Positions 16,985 through 26,586 of a stretch of DNA of 39,275 bases are shown one piece after another. The position numbers and the translations under genes are program-made. How positions within the stretch are numbered: position 1 is the stretch's first letter; every line of letters starts with the position of its first letter. A model generated the notes under the pieces. The model worked only from the letters and a program-made list of their open reading frames with translations. It was not told where the DNA came from and searched no databases. The DNA comes from a virus (Duplodnaviria; Caudoviricetes), in the IMG/VR virus record IMGVR_UViG_3300032253_000232, positions 1 to 39,275 of that record; one strand, written 5' to 3'.

Positions 16985-18302
16985 GGTAGAAAAAGAAACA
17001 CTCATACATCAAACAAGGTTTGCTCAAAGTGTAGCAAAGTACCCTGCATTAATAGGTGGCTTAGGTTCTGGCAAAACAGATGCAGGTATTGCTAGAACTC
17101 TAACTTTTAAATACAAGTACCCTATGTTGAATTCAGCTTATTATATGCCAGACTATAACCTTATTAGAGATAGGGGAATGAGTGGATTTGAGGAAGAACT
17201 AGAAGCAATAGGACAGCCATATAAAGCAAATTACTCCGATAAGATAATCAAGCTTGAAAACAAAGGGAATATTTATTTCAGGACAATGGATAACCCTGCA
17301 AAAATTGTTTCTTATGAGGTTGCCGATAGTATAGTTGATGAGCTAGACACAATGAAACCAGATAAAGCAAAGTATGTTTATAAGAAGATTAGAGAACGAA
17401 ACAGACAAAAAAAGCCAGATGGTATGCCAAACACATTAGGAGTTATTACAACACCCGATTATGGAACGGAAGGTTTTGTATGGGAGCTAATGAATAGGTG
17501 TATAGACAAAGACACTATGGATGGAATAGGAAACTATGATTTAATAAATGGTGGTCTAGTAGACAGTTACCACCTAATAGAAGCCTGTACGGCAGACAAT
17601 CCATTTTTACCAGAGGACTATCTCCCTGATATTTTAGAGATGTATGATCCAATATTGGCTAACTTATTCACTCGTGGTAAGATGGTATCACTTACACAAG
17701 ATAAGGTATATCACTTTTATAATAAGATGGAGCATCACAGTAATAGAATAATTAAAGACGGTGAAAAGCTTTATATTGGAACAGACTTTAATGTAGGTGG
17801 TTGTGCTAATGTGGTCTATGTTAGAGAGGGTGATACTTTAATAGCCGTAGATGAGTTTGCGCCTAAAGATACCTATGCGATAGCAGTAGAATGTAATGCA
17901 AAGTATCAAGGGCATAGAATAGAGTTTTTACCGGATAGTTCAGGGGATAATGATAGTTCTAATGCGAGTAAAACAGATTTACAGATATTAAAAGATGAAG
18001 TGAGAACACCAAGCGCACCAATTATGAACGCACCAAGAGCTAACGGAGCGGTAAGAGATAGAATCAACTCAACAAATGCAAGACTATCAAAGGGTAAGCT
18101 GTTAATCAATTATATTAAGTGTCCTCGTTTCGCTCATGCAATGGCTACACAAGGTTACGACAAAGAAGGGAAGCCTGAAAAGTCAAAAGAGCATAAAGGC
18201 GGTGCGGTAGATGATTACACAGATGCAGGAACTTATCCGGTTGTTAGACTCTTCCCAATTATCAGCAATAAGGTTAGACAAAAAGCATATAAAGCTTATT
18301 AG
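16974..18302 (+). CDS. Terminase large subunit
   Basis: Walker A GGLGSGKT, Walker B IVDELD, TTP motif, nuclease GTDFN and DD.TDA. Confidence 0.95.
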   Translation: MKIEVEKETLIHQTRFAQSVAKYPALIGGLGSGKTDAGIARTLTFKYKYPMLNSAYYMPDYNLIRDRGMSGFEEELEAIGQPYKANYSDKIIKLENKGNIYFRTMDNPAKIVSYEVADSIVDELDTMKPDKAKYVYKKIRERNRQKKPDGMPNTLGVITTPDYGTEGFVWELMNRCIDKDTMDGIGNYDLINGGLVDSYHLIEACTADNPFLPEDYLPDILEMYDPILANLFTRGKMVSLTQDKVYHFYNKMEHHSNRIIKDGEKLYIGTDFNVGGCANVVYVREGDTLIAVDEFAPKDTYAIAVECNAKYQGHRIEFLPDSSGDNDSSNASKTDLQILKDEVRTPSAPIMNAPRANGAVRDRINSTNARLSKGKLLINYIKCPRFAHAMATQGYDKEGKPEKSKEHKGGAVDDYTDAGTYPVVRLFPIISNKVRQKAYKAY

Positions 18303-18327
18303 ATATAATCATAAAAAAGGAATCGCA

Positions 18328-18534
18328 ATGCAAGACATGAAAGAATTTAGAAGTAGAACCGTAAAGTTACAAGATGATGTTCAAAAGTTATTTGATGAAT
18401 ACACAAAGGATACAAAAGCAGTACCAACAGATATTAATATAACAGTATATGAAGGTATAGAAAATATTGTTACAAACATAACTTCCTTGAGCGTTAAGAC
18501 TGACAATAGGATGGAAATAACAATAGAGGCATAG
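18328..18534 (+). CDS. 68-aa moron between terminase and portal
   Basis: TATAAT at 18304-18309 and AAGGA RBS before ATG 18328. Confidence 0.65.
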   Translation: MQDMKEFRSRTVKLQDDVQKLFDEYTKDTKAVPTDINITVYEGIENIVTNITSLSVKTDNRMEITIEA

Positions 18535-18539
18535 TCTAA

Positions 18540-18572
18540 CCTCCCAACTAAACCAGTATTCATTGTTACCAT
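18540..18572 (+). promoter_or_regulatory. Putative late promoter 1 (CCTCCC-N21-TACCAT), before portal
   Basis: One of four copies with identical spacing. Confidence 0.75.
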
Positions 18573-18593
18573 TACTTTAAAAATGAGGTAATT

Positions 18594-19922
18594 ATGAAGT
18601 TTAACCCCGATGCTAATTATAAAGCTTTTAAAGAAGAGATAGCTAAACTGGACGCACTTCGTTCTGGTGCAAAAGCTGTACGCACTAAGGAATTCTTACC
18701 TCAATTAGAACGTGAAGAGAGTAATAGTTATGAGACTAGAAAGAAACAAACTATCCTCACTAACTACACAGAGAAAACAGTTAATGCAGTAAAAGGTCTT
18801 ATCTTCCGTAAACCTCTCACATTTGAAAACCTAAAGCTTGATGATAAAAATATAGATTCAGAAGGTCAAACGCTAAATCGTTTTGCACAAGATGTTGCAG
18901 AGTCTGGTTTCTGGAATGGTCATGCCTGTATTATGGTTGATGCTCCAAGTGCTGATAATATTACCACCTTAGAAGAAGAGAGACAAGCAGGGATAAAACC
19001 TTACTTCACTTTAGTAGAACGAAAAAACGTCATTAGCTCTAAGACTAAATATATCAATGGGAAGGTTACTCTTGTAGAGGTAGTTATTAAAGAAGAATCT
19101 GGAATTGAAGACGTTGAACAGTATCGAGTATTAAAAATCGGTAGTGGCGAAATATGGCACGTTAAAGAGGGTAACGAAATACTCATGAAAATATGGGATA
19201 GTGGACTTAAGTATATTCCATTAACTACATTTTACACCAGACGAAAAGCTGAAATGGTATCGAAGCCAATGTTTACCGGTATCGCTGATCTAAACATTAG
19301 ACACCTTCAAGAAGATTCTATGTCGTGGCGCATTAAAGCTTACGCTGGTAATCCTATTCTTAAGATATGGGGTCAAACTGACCAGATGAAAAAGGATGAA
19401 GGGGTTACTATTTCGGTTAACTCCGCAATGACTTTTAGCTCTAAAGAAGAAGGCGATGCGGAATGGTTGGTTTACAAGGGCGAAGAATTAGGCTTATTTG
19501 AACGCTCAATGGCGAATATCGAACAAAAGATAGCAATGCTAGGTCTTAGTATGCTTTCAAGCAAAGAGGCTACTAAGGAGCTTACAGCGACAGAAAAAAG
19601 TATTGATTCAGCACAAGAACAAGCAGACTTATCTTCAATCGCTCAAAACCTCGAAGATACTCTTAATGAAGCAGATAAGATGTGGTGTGATATGGCAGGT
19701 GAAACACACATAGAAGATTCAATCGGGGTTAATCGTGAATTTGTAAAAGAGTTATTGACACCTGCAGAAGTTACAGAGCTTAGAAAACAATATGCAAGTG
19801 GGCTTCTTGATAAAGCTACTTTCTGGCAGCTAATGGAGCAGGGCGGTTGGTTCAAAAATGTAGATATTAAAGCATTAAAAGCAAATGTTGTTGATGGCGA
19901 GCCTGATTTTGCAACCACTTGA
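18594..19922 (+). CDS. Portal protein (DUF4055-like)
   Basis: FLPQ...Y..R...N....T....GLIFRKP, IMVDAP, KPYF, ADLNIRH, TATE motifs; position. Confidence 0.9.
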   Translation: MKFNPDANYKAFKEEIAKLDALRSGAKAVRTKEFLPQLEREESNSYETRKKQTILTNYTEKTVNAVKGLIFRKPLTFENLKLDDKNIDSEGQTLNRFAQDVAESGFWNGHACIMVDAPSADNITTLEEERQAGIKPYFTLVERKNVISSKTKYINGKVTLVEVVIKEESGIEDVEQYRVLKIGSGEIWHVKEGNEILMKIWDSGLKYIPLTTFYTRRKAEMVSKPMFTGIADLNIRHLQEDSMSWRIKAYAGNPILKIWGQTDQMKKDEGVTISVNSAMTFSSKEEGDAEWLVYKGEELGLFERSMANIEQKIAMLGLSMLSSKEATKELTATEKSIDSAQEQADLSSIAQNLEDTLNEADKMWCDMAGETHIEDSIGVNREFVKELLTPAEVTELRKQYASGLLDKATFWQLMEQGGWFKNVDIKALKANVVDGEPDFATT

Positions 19923-21489
19923 CCTATTAAATGAAGAATTAAAACTATCACTACTACTTCAAAGGTATAGACCGGTAACAATAAGCGAAACCTCTAAGGC
20001 TTTAAGTGAAGCTCTAGATAATATTCAAATGAAGCTTATCAAGACCGAGAGCCTTACCCAAAGAGTTAGACTAAGACAGCTAGAAGCGAATATAATCAAA
20101 GAGCTTGGAAGTGCTTATTCTCTTATTATGCCTGATTCAATATTAAAAGATATGAAAGACGTTTCGGAGCTTGGCTATACAACCACATCAAAGGGCTTAC
20201 TGACTCACGGTGCAATACAAACATCATTTAGTAGTCTTCCTAAAAAAGCTATTGACGAGATGATGGATATGAATAAGTTAGTGTTGCTAAACGATAAAGC
20301 CTATCGCATATCTGACTTCGTTACAAATCAAAAAGACTCTCATGTAAGAAGATTTAAACAGATTGTAGCTGCAGGCATAGCAGAAGGTGCAACAATACCA
20401 ACTATCAGCAGAAGACTAAAAGAGGTCAATCAATCAGTAAAGAGAAAAGATTTAACCGCTATTGCTTCTACTGTAGTATCAGAGGCTAGAGGAAGAGGAC
20501 AGATTAAAGCTCTTAGTGTTGCCGATGACGTGATTATAGGATGGCAGAGTGTCGGAACATTGGATAGTCATACTTCTAAGCGTTGTGGTGCATTAGATGG
20601 TCAATTATGGTACAAATCAAAAGGCTATACGGTTGAGAAGTTGCAAGCCAAGAACTATTGGTATCCGAGACACTTTAATTGCCGAAGCGTTGTAATCCCT
20701 CGCACAGAGATAAGCGCAAAGCTTGATAAAGATAGAAGTCGTGCATCAAATGGAGATAAAAAAGGTCAGGTGCCAGCTAAGACTTCTTTTCAAGAGTTTT
20801 TTGATAAGCAGAGTGAAGACTTTAAGCGTGACTATCTAGGACTTGCTAAGTATAATCTTTATGACAAAAACAGATTAGTAATAAGAGACTTTGTAGATAT
20901 TAAGAGCGGTCGTGAGTTTAGTATTGAAGAAATAAAAAAGCGGGTAGGTGCTAATATAACGCCAATGAAAAAAGATTTAATAAGTAAAAACATTAAACCA
21001 GAAGAACTAAAAGTAATTCAAACTTGGACTAAAGATAGTTCAGAAATAAAGCAAACGATGTGGGAAATAGACGATAAGTTCAAAAAAGAAGCGGATATAA
21101 TGTTTTCATTATTTGATAACTATAAGGGAAATGTTGAAAAAGGAACAATCCTTTATCGTGGAATGGCTGTTCCTGAAAGTATCTATTTAGGAATGGGGTA
21201 CGACAAGTTAGTAAGAGGTAGTGATTATACACCTGATAATAAAGCAATATCATCATTTAGCAGGTCTAAGCGTATTGCTTATGACTTCGCTTTTGAGGGA
21301 GAAGCAAGTTATAAAGTTATAATAAAAATAGCAGCAAAAGAAGAAGAAAATTTACTGGATATAACTAAGTTGTCAGAAGTGCATAAAGAGGAAGAGAGTA
21401 TACTGCACAAAAATATATGGTATAATGTTAGTAAGATAAAAAGAATATCAAGAGGAGGTGTAGAATGGTTACTCATGGAATTAAAGTAA
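19885..21489 (+). CDS. MuF (SPP1 gp7-like) minor head protein with C-terminal ADP-ribosyltransferase toxin domain
   Basis: MuF TLDSHTS..C..LDG...PRHFNCRS; ART ILYRG / SSFS / EEE triad. Confidence 0.85.
   Translation: MLLMASLILQPLDLLNEELKLSLLLQRYRPVTISETSKALSEALDNIQMKLIKTESLTQRVRLRQLEANIIKELGSAYSLIMPDSILKDMKDVSELGYTTTSKGLLTHGAIQTSFSSLPKKAIDEMMDMNKLVLLNDKAYRISDFVTNQKDSHVRRFKQIVAAGIAEGATIPTISRRLKEVNQSVKRKDLTAIASTVVSEARGRGQIKALSVADDVIIGWQSVGTLDSHTSKRCGALDGQLWYKSKGYTVEKLQAKNYWYPRHFNCRSVVIPRTEISAKLDKDRSRASNGDKKGQVPAKTSFQEFFDKQSEDFKRDYLGLAKYNLYDKNRLVIRDFVDIKSGREFSIEEIKKRVGANITPMKKDLISKNIKPEELKVIQTWTKDSSEIKQTMWEIDDKFKKEADIMFSLFDNYKGNVEKGTILYRGMAVPESIYLGMGYDKLVRGSDYTPDNKAISSFSRSKRIAYDFAFEGEASYKVIIKIAAKEEENLLDITKLSEVHKEEESILHKNIWYNVSKIKRISRGGVEWLLMELK
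21418..21426 (+). promoter_or_regulatory. Internal extended -10 promoter (TGgTATAAT) within the toxin 3' end
   Basis: Perfect consensus; -10 hexamer ends 38 nt before ATG 21465. Confidence 0.6.
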
Positions 21490-21632
21490 AACAAGTTGGT
21501 ATATCAGATATGCCTAAGAAAGATTTACAAGCAGCACTTAAGAGCGCAAAAAAAACAAGAGGGAGAGTTCGAGCAAATATAGCATCAGATAGACTACCAG
21601 ATGTTCCGACTTTCATTTCTTCAAATATCTAA
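21465..21632 (+). CDS. 55-aa basic protein, candidate ART immunity protein
   Basis: AGGAGG RBS; overlaps the toxin stop; MVTHGIKVKQVGISDMPKKDLQAALKSAKKTRGRVRANIASDRLPDVPTFISSNI. Confidence 0.7.
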   Translation: MVTHGIKVKQVGISDMPKKDLQAALKSAKKTRGRVRANIASDRLPDVPTFISSNI

Positions 21633-21635
21633 ACC

Positions 21636-21664
21636 GAATCCCTTTCAACAGGGGTTCATCTTTT
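21636..21664 (+). terminator. Putative intrinsic terminator
   Basis: gaatccct/aggggttc stem followed by atctttt. Confidence 0.5.
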
Positions 21665-21738
21665 CCTAACAAAATAATTATAAAAACACTCCACTCTAAT
21701 ATAAAATAGCCATACTTGTACCTACGCCTATTTTATAA

Positions 21739-21771
21739 CCTCCCACAACAACTAAATTTTACCCCTACAAT
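21739..21771 (+). promoter_or_regulatory. Putative late promoter 2 (CCTCCC-N21-TACAAT), before scaffold
   Basis: Motif and spacing conserved. Confidence 0.75.
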
Positions 21772-21816
21772 TTTCCTTAAGGTCGGATGACCAATTAACC
21801 AAACAAGGAATGATGG

Positions 21817-22515
21817 ATGTCATTTAAATTACTACTTACTGCTATAGAAGCAGGTGATGCAGAAAAAGCTACGGAGTTAGCAAAAGGTCTTGAAGGCAAT
21901 TTTAACGATAACGTTCAAGAGATAGGGAAACTAGAAACAAAAGCAACTGAAGCAATCAATGGACGTGATAAAGTGAAATCTACATTACGCTCACTAGCAG
22001 AAGCAGCAGGTGTTGACAGTTTAACAATTGATTCTCTTAAAGAGTTAACGTCAAAACGTGGTGATGATTCTGAGATTGAAGCTAAGTATAAAGGTCAACT
22101 AGATGACATGGCTACTAAGTTTCAAGCGCAAGAAACAGACTACAAAGATCAGTTATCAAAATCTGGTGCTCTTTACAATAATGCAATTATTGATAATGAG
22201 TTGTTTAAGATGGGAGTAAGTGCGAATGCTGTTAGCGATGCTTCTCTTGAAGACATTGTAAAACACATGAAAAACGGTGCGGTTATTGAAGATGGTAAGG
22301 TTGTTTACGTTGATTCAGAAGGTATTGCAAAACGTGGTGAAAATGGTCGTCCACTAACGCTACAGGATAATATTGAGAGTCTTAAGAACGAAAGAGCCTA
22401 TCTATTCAAACCGCAAAATAAAGGCGGGAGCGGTGAAGCACATAAAAGTGGTGGCGGTGTAGACAATACACAAAGCCTTTCACCTGCTCAAAAAATGCAA
22501 TCAGCAAGAAATTAA
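21817..22515 (+). CDS. Capsid scaffolding protein
   Basis: Coiled coil; YLFK....GGSG tail; precedes the major capsid gene. Confidence 0.8.
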   Translation: MSFKLLLTAIEAGDAEKATELAKGLEGNFNDNVQEIGKLETKATEAINGRDKVKSTLRSLAEAAGVDSLTIDSLKELTSKRGDDSEIEAKYKGQLDDMATKFQAQETDYKDQLSKSGALYNNAIIDNELFKMGVSANAVSDASLEDIVKHMKNGAVIEDGKVVYVDSEGIAKRGENGRPLTLQDNIESLKNERAYLFKPQNKGGSGEAHKSGGGVDNTQSLSPAQKMQSARN

Positions 22516-22526
22516 GGGAAATAATT

Positions 22527-23432
22527 ATGGCTTTAACACTAATAGAAGCAGCAAAGCTTGAAAGTGGAGATGTATATAAACAAGGTGTGATTGAACAGTT
22601 TGCTCAATCGTCAGAAATAATGAGGGTTTTACCATTTGAAAATATATCTGGTAATGCTCTCAAATATAATGTAGAGGGAGCATTACCCGGTATAGGTTTT
22701 CGTGGAGTAAATGGTTCGTTTACAGAAAGCACAGGTGTATTAAATCCTAAAACAGAGAGTTTAGTTATCGCCGGTGGTGATTTAGATGTTGATAAATTTA
22801 TTGTTGATACACAAGGCGGTGCAGTTCGCTCTACACATGAAGCAATGAAAATCAAGGCTCTTGCTTTAGCATGGACTAAAACATTTTACAAAGGTGATAG
22901 TGAAGCTAATCCTAAAGAGTTCGATGGTTTACAAAAACGTATTGTTGGAGATCAATTAATCGAAAATCATGCAACTGGTGCAGGTCTTTCACTTGCAAAG
23001 CTTGATGAAATGATCGATGCTGTTGAAAATCCTACCCATCTCACAATGAGTAAAGCAATGAGACGTATTTTAACTGTTGCTGCTCGTACACAAGCAGTAG
23101 GTGGAAACATTACTTATACTAAAGATGAATTTGGTCGTCAAATTACTATGTATAACGATCTACCAATAATCATTGTTGGTAAAGATAATGTAAATAGCAA
23201 AATCTTAGATTTTAATGAAGCTGGATTAACAACTTCAATCTACTGTTTATCATTAGAACCCGGTCGTTTTGAAGGTATTGAAAACGGTGGTATCGATGTT
23301 CGTGATTTGGGTGAGCTAGAAAGTAAATCTTCTTTTAGAACTCGTGTTGAATGGTATAACGCTTTTGCTATCTATGATCCAATGTCTGTAGGTCGTTTAA
23401 GCAAAATCACAAACGCAGCAGCAACTGCGTAA
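22527..23432 (+). CDS. Major capsid protein
   Basis: MALTLIEAAK, LPF, FRGVN, GGDLDVDKFI, EFDGL, RVEWY motifs. Confidence 0.92.
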   Translation: MALTLIEAAKLESGDVYKQGVIEQFAQSSEIMRVLPFENISGNALKYNVEGALPGIGFRGVNGSFTESTGVLNPKTESLVIAGGDLDVDKFIVDTQGGAVRSTHEAMKIKALALAWTKTFYKGDSEANPKEFDGLQKRIVGDQLIENHATGAGLSLAKLDEMIDAVENPTHLTMSKAMRRILTVAARTQAVGGNITYTKDEFGRQITMYNDLPIIIVGKDNVNSKILDFNEAGLTTSIYCLSLEPGRFEGIENGGIDVRDLGELESKSSFRTRVEWYNAFAIYDPMSVGRLSKITNAAATA

Positions 23433-23441
23433 TAGGGGGAT

Positions 23442-23819
23442 ATGATGTCAACAAAAATTTATGATGAGAACTTAGTTGTACTAGCAAGTACAGTAATTTC
23501 GGCAACAGGAAACCAGACAGCACTAGCTGTTTCTGGTTTAGGTGTAGGTGATTTCACCTATAAAGCAGTAATAGATGTAACAGCAGTTGTTGGAATTTTT
23601 GATGGTGCTAACAATTTTACATTACAAGTTCAATCATCAACAGATGGCATAACTTTTACAAATGTTGGTGAAGTTATTACAGCCTTAGCTATAGGAGAAA
23701 GTTATATAGCTATCAACAGTACACAAGTAGTGAATGCGACACACTTCCGTATAGCAGTAACTATGGTTGGAACTACGGCAACAAGCGTAACGGCTACTGC
23801 ATTTTTAACAAAGGTTTAA
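23442..23819 (+). CDS. Capsid decoration/cement-like protein
   Basis: Beta-rich, A/T/V-rich; directly after the major capsid gene. Confidence 0.6.
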   Translation: MMSTKIYDENLVVLASTVISATGNQTALAVSGLGVGDFTYKAVIDVTAVVGIFDGANNFTLQVQSSTDGITFTNVGEVITALAIGESYIAINSTQVVNATHFRIAVTMVGTTATSVTATAFLTKV

Positions 23820-23821
23820 TT

Positions 23822-23944
23822 ATGGCAATTTTTATAGATAGTAATAAAAAAGAAGTTGAAGTAAAAAACTCTGTAGATATAGCAGAGTGGAGAAAAGCAG
23901 GCTTTAAAGAAAAAGCTGAAAAACCTAAAAGCGAAGAAAAGTAG
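23822..23944 (+). CDS. Small charged protein (40 aa, MAIFIDSNKKEVEVKN...)
   Basis: AAGG RBS; short ORF following the head genes. Confidence 0.55.
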   Translation: MAIFIDSNKKEVEVKNSVDIAEWRKAGFKEKAEKPKSEEK

Positions 23945-24014
23945 CTTTATAGTACCCATTAAGGAATGAGGATGCTCGTTCGGTGGGTATTATTAAATCT
24001 ATTAAAGGCAAATA

Positions 24015-24494
24015 ATGGCATTAACGGTAGGAACAAATAGTTATATAAATGTTGCGGATGCAGATTTGTACTTTGCAGACAGGCTAAATTCTGATTTTTG
24101 GGATACAATAAACCCTGTAACTAAAAAAGACTTAGCACTTATTCAGGCAACAAAGATGATTGATTTTCAAAGGTTTAAAGGTGCTAAAACAGTATTAACC
24201 CAAGCATTAAGCTTTCCTCGTACCGGGTTAATTGATGATGGTGTAGTAGTTGACAGTTTAGTTGTTCCACAAAAAATAATAGATGCAACGTGTGAACTAG
24301 CTTTATATTTATTACAAGATGATTATTCTGCACCTGATGACTTATTGGAGTTTGGAAATGTTAAAGTCGGCTCAATAGAAGTCACAACTAAAGGTGGTGG
24401 ACGCAGTGCAAATGGCGGTAAAGCATTACCACCTTTTGTTAAATCATTGTTGGCATTCGCTAGAACATCTAAATGCGCTCTTCATAGGGGTTAG
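24015..24494 (+). CDS. Head-tail adaptor (DnaT-like domain)
   Basis: NSY....AD.YF..R, QALSFPR, VP..I..ATCELA, KVGSIEV. Confidence 0.85.
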   Translation: MALTVGTNSYINVADADLYFADRLNSDFWDTINPVTKKDLALIQATKMIDFQRFKGAKTVLTQALSFPRTGLIDDGVVVDSLVVPQKIIDATCELALYLLQDDYSAPDDLLEFGNVKVGSIEVTTKGGGRSANGGKALPPFVKSLLAFARTSKCALHRG

Positions 24495-24496
24495 TT

Positions 24497-24850
24497 ATGG
24501 CATTAAGCAACACACTAAAAAAAGTATCTGCAAAGCTTATTAAGAAGTTTGGTAATGACTTAACGCTGACAAAGATAATTAAAGGTGTATATGACCCACT
24601 ACAAGGTACAACAGTCGATTCAATAATAACAATCAATACTAAAGGTACTGATCAAGATTATATTAGTGAACACTCACAAGCTGGAGATATGAAAATAACT
24701 TTCGTGAGCGATGAAAAACTAGATGCTTTTGATAAATGCACTTACCGAGGTACTGAAAGAGAAATTAAAAGTATTCAGGAAGTAGGGATGGAAAACTTAA
24801 CAGTAATCTATCAAATAATTGTTACTGGTGATGCTAGGCAACAGGTATGA
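24497..24850 (+). CDS. Head closure protein
   Basis: LIKKFG...G.YDP..G; synteny. Confidence 0.7.
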   Translation: MALSNTLKKVSAKLIKKFGNDLTLTKIIKGVYDPLQGTTVDSIITINTKGTDQDYISEHSQAGDMKITFVSDEKLDAFDKCTYRGTEREIKSIQEVGMENLTVIYQIIVTGDARQQV

Positions 24851-25236
24851 GTTTTATAGATGAGTTCAATTCAGAACTAGACGGTATTTTACAAAAGCGT
24901 GATAATGTTGCTAAAATATTCTCTATAGAATTGAATAGTGCTGTAATCAAAGCTACTCCTGTAAGGCATGGAGATTTAAGAAAGGCTTGGACTTGGTCAC
25001 AAGTTGGTAAAGGTCATTTTAGAAGTTCTAATAATCTTGAGTATGCTATTTCTATTGACCAAGGGTATAGATCTATAGGAAAATTTATACCAATTCCAGT
25101 AGATATTGATAAAAACGGTAAAACTGTTTGGAGAATGGTAGACCACTTAGGTTCTAAGGAATTGCCAGACGGTTTTCAACCAATAATAGAAAAAGAAGAA
25201 CAAAACCTGCAAAGAAGGTTGAAGGATATTAAATGA
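24847..25236 (+). CDS. HK97 gp10-like tail completion protein
   Basis: TPVRHGDLRKAW...NNLEYA..ID.G motif. Confidence 0.8.
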   Translation: MSFIDEFNSELDGILQKRDNVAKIFSIELNSAVIKATPVRHGDLRKAWTWSQVGKGHFRSSNNLEYAISIDQGYRSIGKFIPIPVDIDKNGKTVWRMVDHLGSKELPDGFQPIIEKEEQNLQRRLKDIK

Positions 25237-25625
25237 AGCCTCAGTTTAAAATAGATTTTGAAACATTTATGATTGCTAATCAAACTAAGTATGATATGTA
25301 TTTTGAGGGAGAGACATATAAAAATGAACACGACCATATGTTTATTAAATTTATTCCTATCAGCACAACAAGACCTGCAATCAATTGTGAGCAAAATTAC
25401 GTAATTGTAAGATTTTATATATTTTCAGACAATCTTTTAAATTGCGATAAAATCCAAGAAGACTTGTCTAAACTTCTTAGTGAAAAAAATATAAACGGTA
25501 TGGAGTTTGGAGTTTTAGAAACTTTTGGACGTGGAAATAAACACGGGAAAACATGGGAAAATATTGCTAATATTAAGTTCTACCATTGGGGTACACCTGC
25601 TGCTAGGATTGATAAATTAATCTAA
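25233..25625 (+). CDS. Tail terminator-like protein
   Basis: Synteny and size. Confidence 0.55.
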   Translation: MKPQFKIDFETFMIANQTKYDMYFEGETYKNEHDHMFIKFIPISTTRPAINCEQNYVIVRFYIFSDNLLNCDKIQEDLSKLLSEKNINGMEFGVLETFGRGNKHGKTWENIANIKFYHWGTPAARIDKLI

Positions 25626-25820
25626 ACCTAGTGCTTCTCTTAGTTTTATATCTTTTTGCTCTTGCGCTTTAATTTCTTCTTTAATATTGTCTACAAATTC
25701 TATAGGTAATGCTTTTAGAGTCTCGAACAAAAGTTTTCTCTTCTCTTTCGTGCCTTTTTCCCAGTTGTCTAAAGTGCTTCTGTCAAAACCAAAATTATCA
25801 ATTATTTCTTTTTTTATCAT
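25617..25820 (-). CDS. Small HTH regulator
   Basis: KKEIIDNFGFDRSTLDNWEK HTH; TATAAT 6 nt before the ATG. Confidence 0.75.
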   Translation of the reverse strand: MIKKEIIDNFGFDRSTLDNWEKGTKEKRKLLFETLKALPIEFVDNIKEEIKAQEQKDIKLREALGLD

Positions 25821-25923
25821 GAAAGTATTATAAAGGATTATTCCTTAAATAAAGTATAATTAATGATAGTTTAAGCTTTTATAGTGAATAATTCGGTATC
25901 CAAAGGATAATAAGGAGTAAGTT

Positions 25924-26559
25924 ATGCAAAATGGCATTATTAAATATATGGGAGTTAAGCTTCTATCAGCTTTAGACGAGGCAAGCGGAATAGTTTATGT
26001 AGCTATGAAGCCTATAATTGAAGGCATGGGGTTAGACTTAAATAGTCAATTAGTAAAGATGAAGCAAGATAGTAGATTTAACTATGGGGTTATCCCTATG
26101 GTTGCAGAAGATGGAAAGAGCAGAAAGATGGGCGTATTAGCATTAGACCACCTTCCTGCATTCCTATACTCAATAAATCCAAACAAAGTTAGAAAGGATT
26201 TACGAGAAACAATTATAGCATTTCAAAATGAAACTTTTACAGTTATAAATGAATATTGGAAGAGAAAGCAGACAATATCAAAGAGACAAGCGATAAGTGG
26301 CTACAAGTCTCAAATAGTCCAACACAATAAAAAGATTATCTTTTTAGAAGGACAAGTCGCTACTTTAAAGAAGATGCAACCTCAAACTAAAGAACAAGAT
26401 GTTCCGCAAGAAATATTGAAGCTCATTGAAAAAGGTTTGAAGTACGACAAGCTCAGTCAAGATTACATTAAGCAGTATGAAAAGCTAAAAGACTTACAAG
26501 CAGAAGTAAACAAGATAATGTACGCAATGGGAGCTATTAAGCAGTTGCAATTGGTATAA
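25924..26559 (+). CDS. Phage antirepressor (P22 Ant N-terminal domain)
   Basis: YVAMKPIIEGMGLD...Q, AEDGKSRKM, FLYSINPNKVR. Confidence 0.9.
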   Translation: MQNGIIKYMGVKLLSALDEASGIVYVAMKPIIEGMGLDLNSQLVKMKQDSRFNYGVIPMVAEDGKSRKMGVLALDHLPAFLYSINPNKVRKDLRETIIAFQNETFTVINEYWKRKQTISKRQAISGYKSQIVQHNKKIIFLEGQVATLKKMQPQTKEQDVPQEILKLIEKGLKYDKLSQDYIKQYEKLKDLQAEVNKIMYAMGAIKQLQLV

Positions 26560-26586
26560 AACACAACAAGGGAGGTAAATAGGTAA

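Noticed and set aside
18211-18327. Longer start for the moron ORF
   Set aside because: Overlaps terL by ~90 nt; the promoter and RBS support ATG 18328
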